The position numbers and the translations under genes were made by a program. A stretch of DNA of 64,000 nucleotides from assembly GCA_052426225.1 (NCBI GenBank), contig JBNJNM010000023.1, forward strand, positions 620,001 to 684,000, in the 5' to 3' direction. Source of the DNA: Zancudomyces culisetae HAW-14-8. Lineage: Eukaryota > Fungi > Kickxellomycota. Of this stretch, positions 63,260 to 64,000 are shown one piece after another. Position 1 is the first letter of the stretch. Every line of letters starts with the position of its first letter. The notes under the pieces are model-generated. The model searched no databases, was not told the origin of the DNA, and saw only the letters and a list, made by a program, of their open reading frames with translations.

Positions 63260-64000
63260 TTTCTTGGTCTTTTTTTCATCAAAAGAGAAGTCAAAATAAA
63301 GGTTCAGTTATAATTACTACAAACTTCCTAGTGATTACTCATATATCTAGATATTCCTTATTTCACGCCGCTTTATTACCATTCGGCTGTTTTATTTAGT
63401 ATTAATAGCTTTTGTCTGCTCAAGTTGTTGAGAAGTAGAGAATCAAGGTGTCGCTTACTCTGGCTGTTTTTTTTTTCAGAGCCAAGACCAAATATTTTCG
63501 GTATAATTCCTCTGGTGCCGATATTCGAAAGATCGTTTTTGTTTGAATGCCTTTACCTGCTTCCACTGAATTTTTTTCGCAGAACCAAGACTCAGGATCC
63601 TTATTGTTTTTTCGCATTTAATTCGTATATCTACTAAGCGGAATACTATAATACTGCAAAAACGTGCTAATTGAGATCACTTTGACTGGGCTCGCTTTTT
63701 TTTTCTTTTCTTTTCTTTTTTATGTTGTATTCTTTCCTTGGTATGTAGAAAAATGATAGTTATACATACTAGACAAAAGAACCGATAGTATTAAACCTTT
63801 TCTAACGGAGAACCAGCACACACATATATACAAACACGGGGTGTACCTTAGTATTATTCCCAATTATTCTTACCAGACACCGTTTGTTTTTGTCTTGTTG
63901 AGAGTCCGTGTGTTGCCTTTTCTTTTCAACAATATATCCTTATCCCTGCCCTTTAGATTTCTTCGTAGTAAAAAAAAGGGGGGCTGTATATAATGTTTTA

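Overview
AT-rich eukaryotic (fungal) genomic DNA with short GT-AG introns. Gene content and LINE remnants suggest an early-diverging fungus, possibly an insect-gut Harpellales such as Zancudomyces or Smittium; this is inference, not verified. The first ~13 kb behaves like an accessory compartment. It holds three small secreted proteins I cannot assign to a family (a frameshifted Gly/Leu-rich amphipathic-repeat protein, a highly cationic CX3C-ladder protein and a small Cys/beta-type protein), a DUF4246 gene, a long 34-Cys metallothionein-like gene and two decayed non-LTR retrotransposon pieces. The rest is mostly conserved genes: PKA catalytic subunit, GIGYF-like GYF protein, Prb1-like subtilisin, DPH5, ALG13, MFS transporter, secreted tyrosinase, Nvj2/TEX2-like SMP protein, CLP1, an HMG-box gene, VMA16, a GPI-type surface protein, Pub1/TIA-1, RPP1, a divergent H2B/H2A pair, tRNA-Gly(TCC), Y14/RBM8A and a Gti1/Pac2 (WOPR) factor. 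The most notable observations are: metazoan-style 4EHP- and DDX6-binding motifs in the GYF protein, the cationic CX3C secreted protein, the long metallothionein, the repellent-like Gly/Leu protein, a shared A-tract+TATA promoter motif on accessory genes, and a possible poison exon in Y14. All family assignments come from motif recognition by eye, not from database searches.
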